A DNA stretch of 47,584 nucleotides, the filler included, from Sphacelaria rigidula (Eukaryota): NCBI GenBank assembly GCA_964200075.2. It is 2 parts of 2 records of this genome, joined end to end, with 100 filler letters (N's around TTAATTAATTAA, not from the genome) between each part and the next. Parts side by side here need not be neighbours in the genome. Positions count along the whole stretch, not along the records: positions 23,851 to 47,584 come from CAXNAA020000248.1; 1 more part is not named here. One strand, written 5' to 3'. The notes beneath the pieces were generated by a model that was not told where the DNA came from, made no database searches, and saw only the letters and a list, made by a program, of their open reading frames with translations. Positions within the stretch are counted from its first letter, which is position 1. Each line of letters begins with the position of its first letter. The position numbers were made by a program, and so were the translations under genes. Shown piece after piece: positions 46,909-47,584 of the stretch.

Positions 46909-47584
46909 TACACGTGGAATGGCGCAAAAGTTGCGTGGATACCCCTTCGACCAGCGGTCAACTGTTTTCTCCCTTTTTTTGGGCAATCAGGCCGAAAAAA
47001 TCGTGGATTTGATGATTCGAACCCGTGATGATTCATCCTAACCGTGGATTTTTTCACGCACATCACTCGGGGGGGCCCTTGGCATCCGGGCCTCGGAAAA
47101 AGACTGAGAAAAAACATTTTACTTGCGATATATAGCCAGGCGAAAACATGCGCGACTTCGGTTTTTTCGAACTTGGTCATTATAACCCGGGATCTTACAA
47201 ATTGGGGATGGATCGTTTACTGTATTGGGGATGAGAAACCCGGAGTATTAAAATCCTCGTATCCACACCAAATCTTCGAAATATAGTTCCATTTCTTCAC
47301 CTACTGATAGCTATTGACAACTAACAGCCGGTTCTCGAAAATGGGGGTTGAAAACAAAAATAAATGAGGTTCAACTCAAAAGTCGTGCTTTCCCTGACCT
47401 AAATTCAAGACCGATGACTTTCATTTGGACCACCCCATCCCTCCCGACCTCCCTAAAACTATTTCGGCGGACTTCTAGCCTTCCGTTCCCCCAAAGAAAG
47501 GGTATGTGCGAAAGCACACTTTTGCCTTTATTTCGGGGTGAAAAAAAGGACGTTTTTTGTCCCCAAAATCGTGCTTTCGCACAT

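Overview
Eukaryotic, intron- and repeat-rich genomic DNA, most consistent with a brown alga (Phaeophyceae). The evidence is an EsV-1-7 repeat gene, long GT-AG introns and dense dispersed repeats. Main contents: (1) a gag-like ORF with candidate LTR/PBS/PPT and no pol at the left edge (minus strand); (2) an EsV-1-7 family gene (minus strand, about 2.7-6.4 kb) with about 25 tandem 38-aa C-x4-C-x16-C-x2-H units and a frameshifted 5' part; (3) many foldback/MITE elements, including an inverted repeat of about 1.55 kb; (4) a heavily degraded transposon relic at about 17.7-23.3 kb whose motif order (DDE core, XPG/PIN-like nuclease, Cys-rich finger, acidic tail) matches Academ (AcademX type); (5) an intact 7-exon CAMK/SnRK-CIPK-like Ser/Thr kinase (26083-41005, + strand, 836 aa) with an insert of about 280 aa between the catalytic Lys and helix-C Glu and a non-canonical HRDLSPSN loop; (6) a short repeat family that repeatedly sits in poly-C tracts; (7) assembly gaps, one with an artificial TTAATTAATTAA spacer. 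All family assignments were made by eye from remembered motifs; no database search was run.
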